Positions 28,901 to 39,826 of a stretch of 64,000 nucleotides of DNA are shown here, in pieces. Each line of letters starts with the position of its first letter. Within the stretch, counting starts at the first letter, position 1. This stretch comes from Deltaproteobacteria bacterium. GTDB taxonomy: Bacteria; Desulfobacterota; Binatia; UTPRO1. The stretch lies in NCBI GenBank assembly GCA_016200545.1, contig JACQEO010000084.1:5528-69527 (forward strand), written 5' to 3'. The translations under genes were made by a program, and so were the position numbers. The notes beneath the pieces were generated by a model. It did not search any database. It saw nothing but the letters and a program-made list of their open reading frames with translations, and was not told the DNA's origin.

Positions 28901-29805
28901 ATGCGAGTTCACGCCACCACGTCTGTCATCGCGGTCGCACTGGTCGCGCTCAGCTTCGTCGCCGGCTGTGGCGATTCCACCAACACGGACATCACGCTCG
29001 GAGACGAACCGACGCCGACGCCCGCGACCGCCCGCACCGCGACGCCGGTTGTCGGGCGCACCGCGACCCCCGTCGCCACCGCGACGCCGGGTACCGTCGC
29101 GACGGCGACCACCGGCAGCAACCCGACGCCGACCGCGACCCCCGGCAGCAGCGTGGATGCCGACGTGCAGGCGGTCGTCTCCGACCTTCTCCCGTTCCTG
29201 ACAACCGGTCCGACCCTCCTCTCGGGCGGAAGCGCCAGCGCGCTCACGGCGGGCTCGGCCGCGATCATCACATCGGTGGAGGCGCTGAAGAACGACCCCT
29301 GCCCGGACGGTGGCAGCCGCGTCGACGACGAGGGGCTTCCGGTTCGGACGATCACCCTCACAACGTGCAGAGTCTCCGATCCGCAGCTCGGCTCGTTCGA
29401 GTTCGACGGCACCATCACGATCACGATCAGCCTCCAGGGCTGCAGCATCGACTTCGACTTCACCTCGAAGGATCTACTCAACAACGATCACACCGTCCAC
29501 TTCTCGGGATCCCTCACCGGCCCGCCGCAGCTGTCTGGTTTCGTCCTCGACGGGCAGGTGGTGGTCGCGACCCTGAAGGCAATTTTACACTGAATCTCCA
29601 CAGCATCACGATCAATTCCAACCACAAGCTGGTGTCGGGATCGGGAACCGCGAGCGACGATGATGACAACTCTACCATCGATACGATCGCGATGACCGTC
29701 GCCCAGGGCGGAGCGACGGCCGACTTCACCGTGACGTTCGACGACACCTCGGTCCACACCTACACCCTCGATCTATCGAGCGGGCAACTCACGCAAACGA
29801 GCTGA
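28901..29805 (+). CDS. Thr/Pro-rich lipoprotein; reading frame apparently shifted (-1) near 29569-29574
   Basis: RBS AGGAGG. Lipobox 'LSFVAGCGDS'. Low-complexity 'TPTPATARTATPVV…TPTATPGS'. The beta-rich C-terminus continues in the +1 frame ('…GNFTLNLHSITINSNHKLVSGSG…TVTFDDTSVHTYTLDLSSGQLTQTS') after a CCC run. Confidence 0.5.
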
Positions 29806-29850
29806 GGGCCTCGCGGTGGACGCGCACGCGGCGCGTCCACCGCCATCGCT

Positions 29851-30534
29851 TCACCCGGCGGCGAGCCGCCCGCGACCGCCGAGCCGTGGCCGACCGGCGA
29901 GCACGCGCCGGCCGGCGCGCGTGCCGACGCCGCGCATGAAGACGTCGACGACGGTCGCGACGAGACGCTCGAGACCGTCTTCACGGGTCCGATAGCGGTT
30001 CACGCCGCGCATCATCCCGAGGAGCATCTCGGCGGCGATCCGGCAGTCGATCGCGCGCACGTGACCGGCGGCCGTCGCCTGCTCGAGCGCCTCCTGGACG
30101 AGAGACGAGAGCTGGGCTCGTTGCCGCAACCATTCGCGCGCGTCACCGTCGGACTTGGACTCGTGGCCGTGGATGAGCGCGAAGAAGAATCGCCGGTCCC
30201 AGAAGAACGCCAGCGTGCCGCGCACGATGCGCTCGACCTGTCGCGCCGGCGCGTCGCCGGCCGCGAGCGCCGTCTCGAGCTCGGCCCGGAGGCGCGCGAT
30301 GCCGTCGAACATGATCGCCAGGTAGAGCTCGCGCTTGCTGCGAAAGTGGCGGTAGAGCGTCCCCTTGCCGACACCGCACGCCGCCGCGACCTCGTCCATC
30401 TGCACTTCGTGGTATTGGCGGCGCGTGAAGATGGCCTCGGCGGCCTGGAGGATGGTCTCGCGCAGGCGAGGGATCGGCGGGCGTCCGCGCCGCCGCGGCA
30501 GGCGTCGCGCCTGGATGGCGGGGCGCGGCGTCAT
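29851..30534 (-). CDS. TetR/AcrR-family transcriptional regulator
   Basis: HTH '[47 protein letters not shown]'. ATGA overlap with the upstream RND gene. Confidence 0.8.
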   Translation of the reverse strand: MTPRPAIQARRLPRRRGRPPIPRLRETILQAAEAIFTRRQYHEVQMDEVAAACGVGKGTLYRHFRSKRELYLAIMFDGIARLRAELETALAAGDAPARQVERIVRGTLAFFWDRRFFFALIHGHESKSDGDAREWLRQRAQLSSLVQEALEQATAAGHVRAIDCRIAAEMLLGMMRGVNRYRTREDGLERLVATVVDVFMRGVGTRAGRRVLAGRPRLGGRGRLAAG

Positions 30535-33500
30535 GCGCGCGACCCCGCGGCCGCCGCGACCGGTCCGCGCAGTCGTCGCCGGACGTGCACGCACCACAGC
30601 CGGAAGCGGTCGAGGTACAGGTAGACGACGGGGGTGGTGTAGAGCGTGAGCAGCTGGCTCACCAGCAGGCCGCCGACGATGGTGATCCCGAGCGGCTGGC
30701 GCAGCTCGGCTCCCGTTCCGCCGCCGAGCGCCAGCGGCAATCCCGCGAGCAGCGCCGCCATCGTCGTCATCATGATCGGCCGAAACCGCAGGAGACACGC
30801 CTCGTAGATCGCCGCCTCCGGCGTCTTCCCCTCGCCCCGCTCCGCCTCGAGCGCGAAGTCGATCATCATGATCGCGTTCTTCTTCACGATCCCGATCAGC
30901 AAGATGATCCCGATCAGCGCGATCACGCTCAGATCCGTCCGACAGAGCAGCAATGCCACCAGCGCCCCCACTCCCGCCGACGGCAGCGTCGACAAGATCG
31001 TGAGCGGATGGATGTAGCTCTCGTAGAGCACGCCGAGCACGATGTAGACGGTCACCAGCGCCGCCGCGATCAACCACGGCTCGTTTGCCAGCGACGCCTG
31101 AAACGCCTGCGCCGTCCCCTGAAAGCTCGCGCGGATGCTCGCCGGCAACTCGATCTCCCGCGCTGCCGCCGTGATCGCCGTGACGGCCTCGCCGAGGGCC
31201 ACCCCCGGCGCCAGATCGAACGACAACGTCACCGCCGGGAACTGCCCCTGGTGATTCACCGCCAACGCCGTCGTCGCCGACGCCACGTGCGTGAAGGAGC
31301 CGAGCGGTACCGGCGTGCCATTCGCCGGTCGGACGTACACGTCGCGCAGCGCCGCGGGACTCTGCCCGTACTGCGGCGCCACCTCCATTACGACGTGGTA
31401 CTGATTGAGCTGGGTGTACATGGTCGACACCTGCCGCTGCCCGAAGGCGTCATAGAGCGCGTCGTCGATCTGCTGTGGCGTGATCCCGAGCCGCGCCGCC
31501 GTGTCGCGGTCGATCACCACCGACGCCTCGAGACCGCCGTTTTGCGCGTCGCTCGCGACGTCGCGCAACTCCGGCAGCGCGCGCAGCCGGTCGACGAGGC
31601 GCGCCGACCACGCGTGCAGCTCGTCCGCGTTCGGCGACTCGAGTGTGTACTGGTACTGCGTACGGCTGACGCGGTCCTCGACCGTCAGGTCCTGGACGGG
31701 CTGCATGAACAGCGTGATGCTGTCGACGCTGGTGAGCCGCGACTGCAAGCGCCGGATGACGTCGGTCGCGCTCACCTGTCGCGCCGCGAGCGGCTGCAGA
31801 TTGATCTGGATGCGGCCGCTGTTCATCGTCGTGTTGGTGCCGTCGATGCCGATGAACGACGACAGACTCTCCACCGCGGGATCCTCGAGGATCACTCCCG
31901 CCAGCGCCTGCTGACGCGTCGCCATGGCCGCGAACGAGACCGTCTGCGGCGCCTCCGAGATGCCGAGGATGACGCCGGTATCCTGCACCGGGAAGAAGCC
32001 CTTCGGCACCACGACGTAGAGAACCAGGGTCGCGATCAAGGTGGCGATCGCGACCACGAGCGTCGCCGTCTGGTGTCGCAGCACGACCCGCAGCGAGCGC
32101 GCATAGCGCGCGATCACCGCGGCGAAGAAGCGCTCCGAGGCACGGTAGAGCCGGCCCTGCGCCGCCGCCGGCGTATGCTGCAGGAGGCGCGCGCACATCA
32201 TCGGGGTGAGCGTCAGCGACACCACGGCCGAGATCAAGATGGTGACGCTGAGCGTGACCGCGAACTCGCGGAAGAGCCGCCCGACGATGTCGCCCATGAA
32301 GAGAAGTGGGATCAGCACCGCGATCAGTGATACGGTGAGCGACACGATCGTGAAGCCGATCTGCTCCGATCCCTTGAGGGCGGCGCGTAGCGGCGTCTCG
32401 CCCGCCTCGATGTAGCGCGCGATGTTCTCGATCATGACGATCGCATCGTCGACGACGAAGCCCGTCGAGATGGTGAGCGCCATGAGCGAGAGGTTGTCGA
32501 GGCTGTACCCGAGCAGGTACATCACGCCGAAGGTGCCGACGAGCGACAGCGGCACCGCGACACTCGGGATGATCGTCGCCGCGAAGGTGCGGAGAAAGAG
32601 GAAGATCACCAGCACCACCAGCGCGACGGTGAGCATGAGCTCGAACTGCACGTCTTTGACCGAGGCGCGGATGGTCGTCGTGCGGTCGGTGAGGATCGAG
32701 ACCTGGACGGCGGCGGGCAGCGCGCTCGTGAGCTGCGGCAGGAGGCGATGGATGCGGTCGACGACGCCGATGATGTTCGCGCCCGGCTGCCGCTGTACGT
32801 TGAGGATGACGGCCGGGGTGTCGTTCGCCCACGCTGCCTGCTTCACGTTTTCGACGTCGTCGATCACCTCGGCGACGTCGTCGACGCGCACCGGCGCGTC
32901 GTTCCGGTAGCCGACGACGACGGGACGGTAGTCGGCGCTCGTGAGCAGCTGATCGTTGGCCCCGATCGTGTACACGTGGTGCGCGCCATCGAAGTTTCCC
33001 TTGGCTTGGTTGACGCTCGCCTGCGCCACCGCCGCGCGCAGGTCCTCGAGGCCGAGGCCGTAGCCCGCGAGCGCCGTCGGGTTGGCGCGGATGCGGACCG
33101 CGGGCTTCTGCCCACCACTGATGCTGACCAGCCCGACGCCGGGGAGCTGCGAGATCTTCTGTGCCAGCCGCGTGTCGGCGAGGTCCTGGACCTTCCAGAG
33201 CGGCAACGTCGCCGAGGTGAGCGCCAACGTCAGCACTGGAGCGTCGGCGGGATTGGTCTTGCTGTAGATCGGCGGGTTGGGAAGATCGCGCGGCAGGTAG
33301 GTGGAGCCGGCGTTGATCGCCGCCTGCACCTCCTGCTCGGCGACGTCGATGTCGAGGTCGAGCGCGAACTGGAGCGTGATCACCGAGCTGCCGAAGGAGC
33401 TCGTCGACATCATCTGGTTCAGGCCGGGGACCTGCCCGAACTGTCGCTCGAGCGGCGCCGTCACCGAGGAGGCCATCACGTCGGGGCTCGCCCCGGGGTA

Positions 33501-33650
33501 GAAGGTCAGCACCTCGATCGTCGGGTAGTCGACCTGCGGCAACGCCGACACCGGCAGTTGGCGATAGGCGATGGCGCCGGCGAGGAGGATCGCCGCCATC
33601 AGCAGCGAGGTCGCGACCGGCCGCAGGATGAACGTGCGCGAGGGATTCAT
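30531..33650 (-). CDS. RND-family multidrug efflux transporter (AcrB/HAE1-like)
   Basis: 1039 aa from '[47 protein letters not shown]…' with 12 TM helices and large periplasmic loops. Confidence 0.9.
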   Translation of the reverse strand: MNPSRTFILRPVATSLLMAAILLAGAIAYRQLPVSALPQVDYPTIEVLTFYPGASPDVMASSVTAPLERQFGQVPGLNQMMSTSSFGSSVITLQFALDLDIDVAEQEVQAAINAGSTYLPRDLPNPPIYSKTNPADAPVLTLALTSATLPLWKVQDLADTRLAQKISQLPGVGLVSISGGQKPAVRIRANPTALAGYGLGLEDLRAAVAQASVNQAKGNFDGAHHVYTIGANDQLLTSADYRPVVVGYRNDAPVRVDDVAEVIDDVENVKQAAWANDTPAVILNVQRQPGANIIGVVDRIHRLLPQLTSALPAAVQVSILTDRTTTIRASVKDVQFELMLTVALVVLVIFLFLRTFAATIIPSVAVPLSLVGTFGVMYLLGYSLDNLSLMALTISTGFVVDDAIVMIENIARYIEAGETPLRAALKGSEQIGFTIVSLTVSLIAVLIPLLFMGDIVGRLFREFAVTLSVTILISAVVSLTLTPMMCARLLQHTPAAAQGRLYRASERFFAAVIARYARSLRVVLRHQTATLVVAIATLIATLVLYVVVPKGFFPVQDTGVILGISEAPQTVSFAAMATRQQALAGVILEDPAVESLSSFIGIDGTNTTMNSGRIQINLQPLAARQVSATDVIRRLQSRLTSVDSITLFMQPVQDLTVEDRVSRTQYQYTLESPNADELHAWSARLVDRLRALPELRDVASDAQNGGLEASVVIDRDTAARLGITPQQIDDALYDAFGQRQVSTMYTQLNQYHVVMEVAPQYGQSPAALRDVYVRPANGTPVPLGSFTHVASATTALAVNHQGQFPAVTLSFDLAPGVALGEAVTAITAAAREIELPASIRASFQGTAQAFQASLANEPWLIAAALVTVYIVLGVLYESYIHPLTILSTLPSAGVGALVALLLCRTDLSVIALIGIILLIGIVKKNAIMMIDFALEAERGEGKTPEAAIYEACLLRFRPIMMTTMAALLAGLPLALGGGTGAELRQPLGITIVGGLLVSQLLTLYTTPVVYLYLDRFRLWCVHVRRRLRGPVAAAAGSRA

Positions 33651-34873
33651 GCGCGCGGCGCGCCGGGCGACGGCGCGCCGCCCGGCATCGTGACGTTCAC
33701 CGCGCTGCCCGCACGCAGCTTGTCGACGCCGTCGACGACGACCGTCTCGCCGGCCGCGATGCCGCTGTCGATCGCGGCGTCGGCGCCCACCGTCGGCCCG
33801 ACGGTCACCGGACGCACCTCGACGGTGCGGTCCGCCCGCACCGCGTAGACGAAGGTGCCCTGCGGGCCGCGCTGGATCGCCGCCGTCGGCACGATGATCG
33901 CTTCTTTGCGGACGTCGAGAAGCAGGCGCACGTTCACGAACTGCTTCGGGAAGAGTACGTCGTCGTCGTTCGAGAACTCGGCTTTCAAGCGCGTCGTGCC
34001 GGTGTTCCGATCGATCTGATTGTCGACGGTGAGCAGCGCGCCGGTCGCGATCTGCATCGTGCCGGCGCGGTCGTACGCCTCGACCGGGAGGCGCGCGCCG
34101 CCGCGCAGCTTCGCGAGCACGGCGGGCAGGTCGTCCTCCGGCAGCGTGAACACGACGGCGATCGGTTGCACTTGCGTGATGACGACCAGCCCGGTGTCGT
34201 CCGTGGCATGGACGATGTTGCCGACGTCGACGAGCCGCAGGCCGACGTGACCGCTGATCGGCGCGGTGATGCGGCAATACGTGAGCTGCAGCCTGGCATT
34301 GTCGATCAGGCCCTGGTCGAGCTTGATCGCACCCTCGAACTGCCCGGCCGCGGCGAGCCTGTCGTCGTAGTCCTGCTTGGCGACGATCCCCTGCGCGAGG
34401 AGGTCGTGAAACCGCGCCAGCGTGGCGCGGGCGTCCCGCAGCTGCGCGAGATCGCGCGCCATCTGCCCTTCCGCCTGCGTCAGCTGCACCGCGAACGGAC
34501 GCGGATCGATTTCGGCGAGCAGGTCGCCTTCGTGCACGAACTGCCCTTCCCGAAACGCGACGTTGACGAGCCGGCCATCGACGCGGCTCTTCACCGTGAC
34601 GGTGTTGAACGCCGTCACCGAGCCGAGTCCGGTCAGGTAGACCGGCACGTCACCCTGCCGCGCCGGCGCGCCGACGACGGGGACGCTCGCCGCCGCCGTC
34701 GTCACCGCCGCGGCGGGACCGGCATCGGGCCTACGCGCGCCGAGCGACCAATAGCCGCCGGTCGCGACGACCGCGAGCACGGCGAGGCCCAGCCACCAGC
34801 GGCGCGCCCGTGGCGCGTCCGGCGCCGCGGCGGCGACGGACGGGGGAATCAAGGGGGGCGGGGTTGGCATCAT
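33647..34873 (-). CDS. RND efflux periplasmic adaptor (membrane fusion protein)
   Basis: HlyD/AcrA-like coiled-coil and beta-barrel ('…[45 protein letters not shown]…'). Overlaps the RND start. Confidence 0.85.
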   Translation of the reverse strand: MMPTPPPLIPPSVAAAAPDAPRARRWWLGLAVLAVVATGGYWSLGARRPDAGPAAAVTTAAASVPVVGAPARQGDVPVYLTGLGSVTAFNTVTVKSRVDGRLVNVAFREGQFVHEGDLLAEIDPRPFAVQLTQAEGQMARDLAQLRDARATLARFHDLLAQGIVAKQDYDDRLAAAGQFEGAIKLDQGLIDNARLQLTYCRITAPISGHVGLRLVDVGNIVHATDDTGLVVITQVQPIAVVFTLPEDDLPAVLAKLRGGARLPVEAYDRAGTMQIATGALLTVDNQIDRNTGTTRLKAEFSNDDDVLFPKQFVNVRLLLDVRKEAIIVPTAAIQRGPQGTFVYAVRADRTVEVRPVTVGPTVGADAAIDSGIAAGETVVVDGVDKLRAGSAVNVTMPGGAPSPGAPRA

Positions 34874-34906
34874 CGCGACGTCGCATTAACGGACTGATCG
34901 GTCATT
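34874..34906. promoter_or_regulatory. Candidate operator upstream of the MFP-RND-TetR operon (direct CATTAA-N1-2-GGAC repeat flanking an imperfect GAC-tgatcg-GTC palindrome)
   Basis: Seen in sequence: 'CATTAACGGACTGATCGGTCATTAAATGGAC' lies immediately 5' of the MFP start codon in the divergent intergenic region. Confidence 0.2.
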
Positions 34907-34997
34907 AAATGGACGGCACCCGCGCCAAGTCAAGGCGGGTCGTCGCTCGCCTTGGGAGCTTGCTCCACCCCGCGCCCCGCAGCATGATGCGATCCTG

Positions 34998-35570
34998 ATG
35001 ACCCTCCGCATCCTCGGTATTGCGGGCAGCCTGCGCGCCGCCTCGTTCAATCGCGCTCTCCTGCACGCCGCGATCGAGGTCGCTCCGGAAGGTGTCGCGA
35101 TCGACATCTTCGACGGCCTCGGCGCGATCCCTCCCTACAACGCCGACGTCGAGGCGCAAGGCGACCCCGCGGCCGTCGTCGCGCTGAAGACGGCGATCGG
35201 CGACGCCGACGCGCTGCTGATCGCGACGCCCGAGTACAACTATGGCGTTCCCGGCGTGCTGAAGAACGCGATCGACTGGGCGTCGCGGCCGCCGGGCAAG
35301 TGCGTCCTGAACGGCAAGCCCGCGGCGCTCATGGGCGCGACGCCGGGCGGGACGGGCACCGCACGCGCCCAGCTCGCGCTTCGCCAGAGCTTCGTCTTCA
35401 CCGATACGTGCGCGCTCCTCCGCCCGGAGGTCCTGATCGCGCGCGCCCACGAGAAGATCGATGCCGCGGGGCGTGTCACCGACGCGACGACGCGCGAGCT
35501 CATCCGGCGGCTCCTCGACGCGCTCGTCGATTGGACCCGCCGCGTCGGCGCCCCGCGCCCGCCCGCGTGA
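34998..35570 (+). CDS. NADPH-dependent FMN reductase (FMN_red family; ChrR/YieF/ArsH-like)
   Basis: 'MTLRILGIAGSLRAASFNRALL…LIATPEYNYGVPGVLKNAIDWASR' is a flavodoxin-like fold NAD(P)H:FMN oxidoreductase. Confidence 0.8.
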   Translation: MTLRILGIAGSLRAASFNRALLHAAIEVAPEGVAIDIFDGLGAIPPYNADVEAQGDPAAVVALKTAIGDADALLIATPEYNYGVPGVLKNAIDWASRPPGKCVLNGKPAALMGATPGGTGTARAQLALRQSFVFTDTCALLRPEVLIARAHEKIDAAGRVTDATTRELIRRLLDALVDWTRRVGAPRPPA

Positions 35571-35577
35571 CGCCGCC

Positions 35578-36240
35578 ATGACCGATCGCACACGCGCGCG
35601 GACGCTCGCCCGGCAGTCGCTCGACGCCGGTGACGCGGTCGGGTGGTTCGAACGGCTCTACTCCGAGGCGGCGCGCGGCGAGGCGCTCGTACCCTGGGCC
35701 GACCTGGCGCCGAATCCCCGCGTCGTCGCATGGCTCGATCGCGCCCGTCCGACGCGCGGTCGCGTGCTCGACGTCGGCTGCGGGCTCGGCGACACCGCCG
35801 AGGAGCTGGCGCGCCGCGGCCTCACGGTCGTCGCCGTCGACGTCTCGCCGACCGCGGTCGCGCAGGCGCGGGCGCGCTTTCCGTCGAGCCGCGTCGACTA
35901 TCGCGTGCTCGATCTCCTGCGGCTCCCCGTGGAGCTCGCCGGCGCCTTCGATCTCGTCGTCGAGTGCTACACCCTGCAGGTGCTGCCGCCGGACGCGCGC
36001 GCCGATGACGGCGCGGCGCTGCGCCGCGCCGTCACACCGGGCGGCACGCTTCTCGTCGTCGCGCGCGCCCGCGAGTCGAACGAGCCGGAAGGACAGATGC
36101 CCTGGCCGCTCACGCGCAGCGAGATCGAGGCGATCGCGGACGACACTCTCCGCCTCGCCACCTGCGACGACTTCGTCGATCGCGAGCAGCCGCCGGTGCG
36201 GCGCTTCCGCGCGACGTTCCGCCGCGACGCCCGGTCGTGA
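35578..36240 (+). CDS. Class I SAM-dependent methyltransferase
   Basis: Motif I 'RVLDVGCGLGDTAEELARRG' and motif II 'FDLVVECYTLQVL'; 8 nt after the FMN reductase. Confidence 0.75.
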   Translation: MTDRTRARTLARQSLDAGDAVGWFERLYSEAARGEALVPWADLAPNPRVVAWLDRARPTRGRVLDVGCGLGDTAEELARRGLTVVAVDVSPTAVAQARARFPSSRVDYRVLDLLRLPVELAGAFDLVVECYTLQVLPPDARADDGAALRRAVTPGGTLLVVARARESNEPEGQMPWPLTRSEIEAIADDTLRLATCDDFVDREQPPVRRFRATFRRDARS

Positions 36241-36262
36241 CGTCGGCCGTCGGGGAGGATGG

Positions 36263-36721
36263 ATGGCTGCGGTCCTGATCGGTTGCGGCGGATTCCTGCT
36301 CGCCGTCCTGTGGATGGATCTGCTGTTCGACGTACAGGTGCGCCGCCTGGCGGGTGCGGATGCCGCCGCGTCGACCGCGGCCCTGGCGTCGATCGTGGCG
36401 TACTATCGGCGGGCGACGATCGAAGCGTTTCCGATGAATCGCCTGATCGGCGCCGTCATGCTGGTGCAGCTCTTCGGCATCGCGCACGAGCTGCTGACGC
36501 GGACGGTCGCCGGCGCGCGTGCGCTTGCGGTCCTCGTCCTCGGGGTCGCACCGATCGCGCTCGCATTCGCGCGCATCGTCCCGGACGCGATGCGCCTCGG
36601 CGCCGCCACCGACGCAGCCGCGGTCCAGGCGGACCTCGCTCGCCGCATCTACCACGCCCACCTCGTCTGCGCGGTCGCGATCGCGGCGTTCACCGCGATC
36701 CAGATTCAGCTCGCGCGTTGA
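36263..36721 (+). CDS. Hypothetical 4-TM membrane protein
   Basis: RBS GGGGAGGATGG before ATG. 'MAAVLIGCGGFLLAVLWMDLLFDVQ…' is hydrophobic with four predicted helices. Probably third gene of the FMN-reductase/methyltransferase operon. Confidence 0.55.
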   Translation: MAAVLIGCGGFLLAVLWMDLLFDVQVRRLAGADAAASTAALASIVAYYRRATIEAFPMNRLIGAVMLVQLFGIAHELLTRTVAGARALAVLVLGVAPIALAFARIVPDAMRLGAATDAAAVQADLARRIYHAHLVCAVAIAAFTAIQIQLAR

Positions 36722-36730
36722 GCGCACGCG

Positions 36731-38689
36731 TCAGCGCGCAGGCAAACGTTGCTCGGCCTCCGCAAGCGCCGCACGGGCGCGCTCGAAGGTGGGATCGCGG
36801 CGGAGCAGATCGCGCCACTCGATCGTCGCCTGCGCGGGACGACCCGCCGACCACTGTGCCACGCCGAGCGTGAAGCGCGTCTGCGAGACGTCCGGGTCGA
36901 TCGCGAGCGCGCGCGCGTACGCCTCGGCCGCTTCGTCAGCGGCACCGATCGTCATCAGGAAATCGCCGTAGGCGGTGTCGCGCCGGAGCGCGGCGACGGG
37001 CACGCTGAGCGCGCGCCAGAGGCCGCTCGTCGGCGGTGACGGACTGTTGCGAGCGTGGCGCGCCGCGAACTCCCGCTCCGCCCGCTCGCGCACCGCGCGG
37101 TGGGCGTCGTCGGTCGGGAGATACAGCGATGCCGTCTCGTCGTAGTAGACGAGCTCCCACCCGTGCCCCGCGAGCAGGTAGCGCACCAGCGGAAAGCGAT
37201 TCGACCACACGTGATAGAGGAGCGCGTAGTCGGGTGCATAGCGCGTCACGACAGTCGGCCAGGTTCTCGGATCGTCGAGGGCGGCGAAGTAGAATCGGAA
37301 GAACTCCTCCGGGTACACCTCGAGCCGTCCGTCGACGAAGACACGCTCCGCGGGGAAGCGGCGCCACGCGAGGTAGCCGCCGGTCGCGAGGCAGTTGAAC
37401 GGACGGCCGCCGATCCCGACGTCGCGCGCGAACTCCTCCGCCGCGATCGGGAAGTGGAGCGACGACACCCCGAGGCCGAACTCGCGTTCGATGTCGAGAG
37501 AGCGCGAGAACCGATTGGTGACGACGCTCGCGACGAGGAGCGCGAGCACGACGATGACACCGCCGGTCGCCACGGGCGCGAGCGCCGCCGCGAGACGGCC
37601 GGATGCCGCCGGCGCGCGCGCGCGCGCGTCGCGCCGCTTTTCGCCGCGCGCCGTGGGCGACGGGTCCGCCGAGCGGGTGCAGAGCGGGCCGAGGTTGGCG
37701 GCGATCGCGGGCACGGCGACCCAGGCGAAGAGCGCCACGTTGCGGAGGGCCTGCGTCGACAGCGCCGCCAGCAGCGCGGTGACGAAGAGACGGCCGAGGT
37801 GCCAGCGCCTGATGCTCACGATGAACGACACCGCCACGAAGATGATCGTCGCCACCCACGTGTACGCGAGCGGTACGCCGTATCCCGATTGGAACGGCGG
37901 CCGGAACTCGCCGATCCGTGCCGAGAGGAGCGAGCTGCCGGTCACTCTCGGCAAGAGCTCGAGCGGAAAGAGCACGCCGCGTAGGCCGTAGGGATTGAGG
38001 AAGCAGGCGGCGGTCGCCAGCACCAGGACCAGCGTCAGCCGGCGCCATTCGCCCGGGCTCGCGCCGCTCGCCGCGCGCCACCCCCGCGGCAGGGGGAGGA
38101 ACGCGAGCGTCGCGCCCGCCCAGTAGCATCCGATCACGACCAGGCCGACGGCGAAGATTCCTTGCGAGTTCGTCCACACGACCTGTAGCGGGACGAGCCA
38201 GTAGAGCGCGCGACCGTTGCGTGGAAAACCGTCGAGGAGCCACAGATACGTCGCGAGGAGCACGAACGACAGCAGCTCGGGCCGCGGCACGAACCGCGGA
38301 CTGGCGACGACGAGCGCGATCGCGATCAGTAGCGCGACGAGCACGTCGGGCGCGAACCGTCGCGCCGACGCATGGAGAATCGTCACGGTCGCGAGCACCA
38401 GGACGACGGCGAGAATGATGCAGCCGTCGGCGCCGCCGAGCGCGTACGCGGCGTAGAGCACGAGCTGAAACACCCAGTGCAAGTCGATCCACGGGTGGTC
38501 CGGCGTCGTGTACGCGAAGGTGTTGCTGACCGGCCAGCGCCAGGTCGTCATCATCAAGCGGCCGGCCGCGAGGTGGTACCAGACGTCGTAGTCGTCGATC
38601 GGCCGCAGCGTGAAGACGATCCCGAGGAGGGCCGTGAGCCCGACCGCGACCTGCGACCAACGCCGACCGAGTGGAGACGTCCGCGGCAT
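36731..38689 (-). CDS. Polytopic GT-C-type glycosyltransferase-like membrane protein (PMT_2/ArnT/TMTC-like) with C-terminal TPR repeats
   Basis: About 11 TM helices with an acidic first-loop motif ('LRPIDDYDVWYHLAAGRLMMTTWRW'). The C-terminus carries TPR-like repeats ('…AEAYARALAIDPDVSQTRFTLGVAQWSAGRPAQATIEWRDLLRRDPTFERARAALAEA'). Confidence 0.55.
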   Translation of the reverse strand: MPRTSPLGRRWSQVAVGLTALLGIVFTLRPIDDYDVWYHLAAGRLMMTTWRWPVSNTFAYTTPDHPWIDLHWVFQLVLYAAYALGGADGCIILAVVLVLATVTILHASARRFAPDVLVALLIAIALVVASPRFVPRPELLSFVLLATYLWLLDGFPRNGRALYWLVPLQVVWTNSQGIFAVGLVVIGCYWAGATLAFLPLPRGWRAASGASPGEWRRLTLVLVLATAACFLNPYGLRGVLFPLELLPRVTGSSLLSARIGEFRPPFQSGYGVPLAYTWVATIIFVAVSFIVSIRRWHLGRLFVTALLAALSTQALRNVALFAWVAVPAIAANLGPLCTRSADPSPTARGEKRRDARARAPAASGRLAAALAPVATGGVIVVLALLVASVVTNRFSRSLDIEREFGLGVSSLHFPIAAEEFARDVGIGGRPFNCLATGGYLAWRRFPAERVFVDGRLEVYPEEFFRFYFAALDDPRTWPTVVTRYAPDYALLYHVWSNRFPLVRYLLAGHGWELVYYDETASLYLPTDDAHRAVRERAEREFAARHARNSPSPPTSGLWRALSVPVAALRRDTAYGDFLMTIGAADEAAEAYARALAIDPDVSQTRFTLGVAQWSAGRPAQATIEWRDLLRRDPTFERARAALAEAEQRLPAR

Positions 38690-38698
38690 GGCCCGCGA

Positions 38699-39673
38699 TC
38701 AGCGTAGAACGCGATAGCCGCCGAACACCGCAACCCAGAGGACGGCGACGATCAGCGCGTACTTGAGGGCATAGTACACCTGCCGATTCGCCTTCTTGAA
38801 GCGCTTCAGCGGTGCCCGCGTCCGATAGACATGCTCGAAGACGCGATTCGCGAGACCGACTTCCTCGCCATCGACGTTCTTCGACGCGGTGAGGCCGACG
38901 ATGTGGCGGATCACGAAGCCGTTGAGGGCGCGCATGACGGCGGTACGCAACGGCCGTTCGACGTCGCAGAAGAGGATGATGCGCGTCTGATCGGTGCGGT
39001 TCTCGAAGCGATGCACGTAGGTCTCGTCGAAGACCAGGTCCTGACCGTCTCGCCAGGAGTAGGATTGACCGTCGACGAAAATCCGGCACTCGTCGCGGTT
39101 GGGCGTGATCAATCCGAGATGGTAGCGGATCGAACCCGCGAACGGATCGCGGTGCTCGCCGACCGCGGCCTGCGGTCCGAGGAGCGCGAACATCGCCCCG
39201 TGGACGGTCGGAATCGACTCCACGAGCGCGACCGTCCGCGGGCAGAGCGCCCGCGCCGAGGGCAGCGGCGCGCCGTACCACTTCAGGTAGAACCGCTTCC
39301 ATCCCTTGCGAAAGAAGGTATTGAACCCGAGGTCGTCGTGGCGCTCGGAGGCGCGGATGTGACCCGCCTCGCAGAGACGCAGCGCCTCCTCGCGGATCGT
39401 CCGCCAGTTGGCACGCAACGACGCGACCTCGGGGAACCGCTCGACGTCGAGCATCGGCGTCGTCGGGACGCGCGAGAAGAGGTAGACGAGCACGTTGTAA
39501 GGCGCGAGGAACGTCGAGTGATCGGTGAGCTGGCGTCGGAAACTCAGGCGTACCCGACCGCGGTAGTGCACGTAGAGCGCGGACGCGAGGAAGCCCGCAA
39601 AGAGGACGAGCCGCGTGAGGGCGAGGGCGCTCATCCGACGCGCACGGTCGTCTGTCGTTCCATGACGCGCCAT
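38699..39673 (-). CDS. Aspartyl/asparaginyl beta-hydroxylase family Fe(II)/2-oxoglutarate dioxygenase (AspH/LpxO-like) with N- and C-terminal TM anchors
   Basis: '…FFRKGWKRFYLKWYG…HGAMFALLGPQAAVGEHRDPFAGSIRYHLGLITPN…CRIFVDGQSYSWRDGQDLVFDETYVHRFENRTDQTRIILFCDVERP' is the AspH cupin core. TM helices at both termini. The stop lies 10 nt from the downstream glycosyltransferase-like gene. Confidence 0.7.
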   Translation of the reverse strand: MARHGTTDDRARRMSALALTRLVLFAGFLASALYVHYRGRVRLSFRRQLTDHSTFLAPYNVLVYLFSRVPTTPMLDVERFPEVASLRANWRTIREEALRLCEAGHIRASERHDDLGFNTFFRKGWKRFYLKWYGAPLPSARALCPRTVALVESIPTVHGAMFALLGPQAAVGEHRDPFAGSIRYHLGLITPNRDECRIFVDGQSYSWRDGQDLVFDETYVHRFENRTDQTRIILFCDVERPLRTAVMRALNGFVIRHIVGLTASKNVDGEEVGLANRVFEHVYRTRAPLKRFKKANRQVYYALKYALIVAVLWVAVFGGYRVLR

Positions 39674-39826
39674 CTCTGACGATGCGCGGCGTTTTTGGCA
39701 AGTCCCGTCGCGCGGACGCGGGCAGGCGCGCACGGCTCTCCCGTCCTGGTTGCATTTCGACGACCGACTGATCCACAATCCGCGCCTGCGCCCCTGAAGG
39801 CGCGATCGTCACGCACGGAGGACCCC

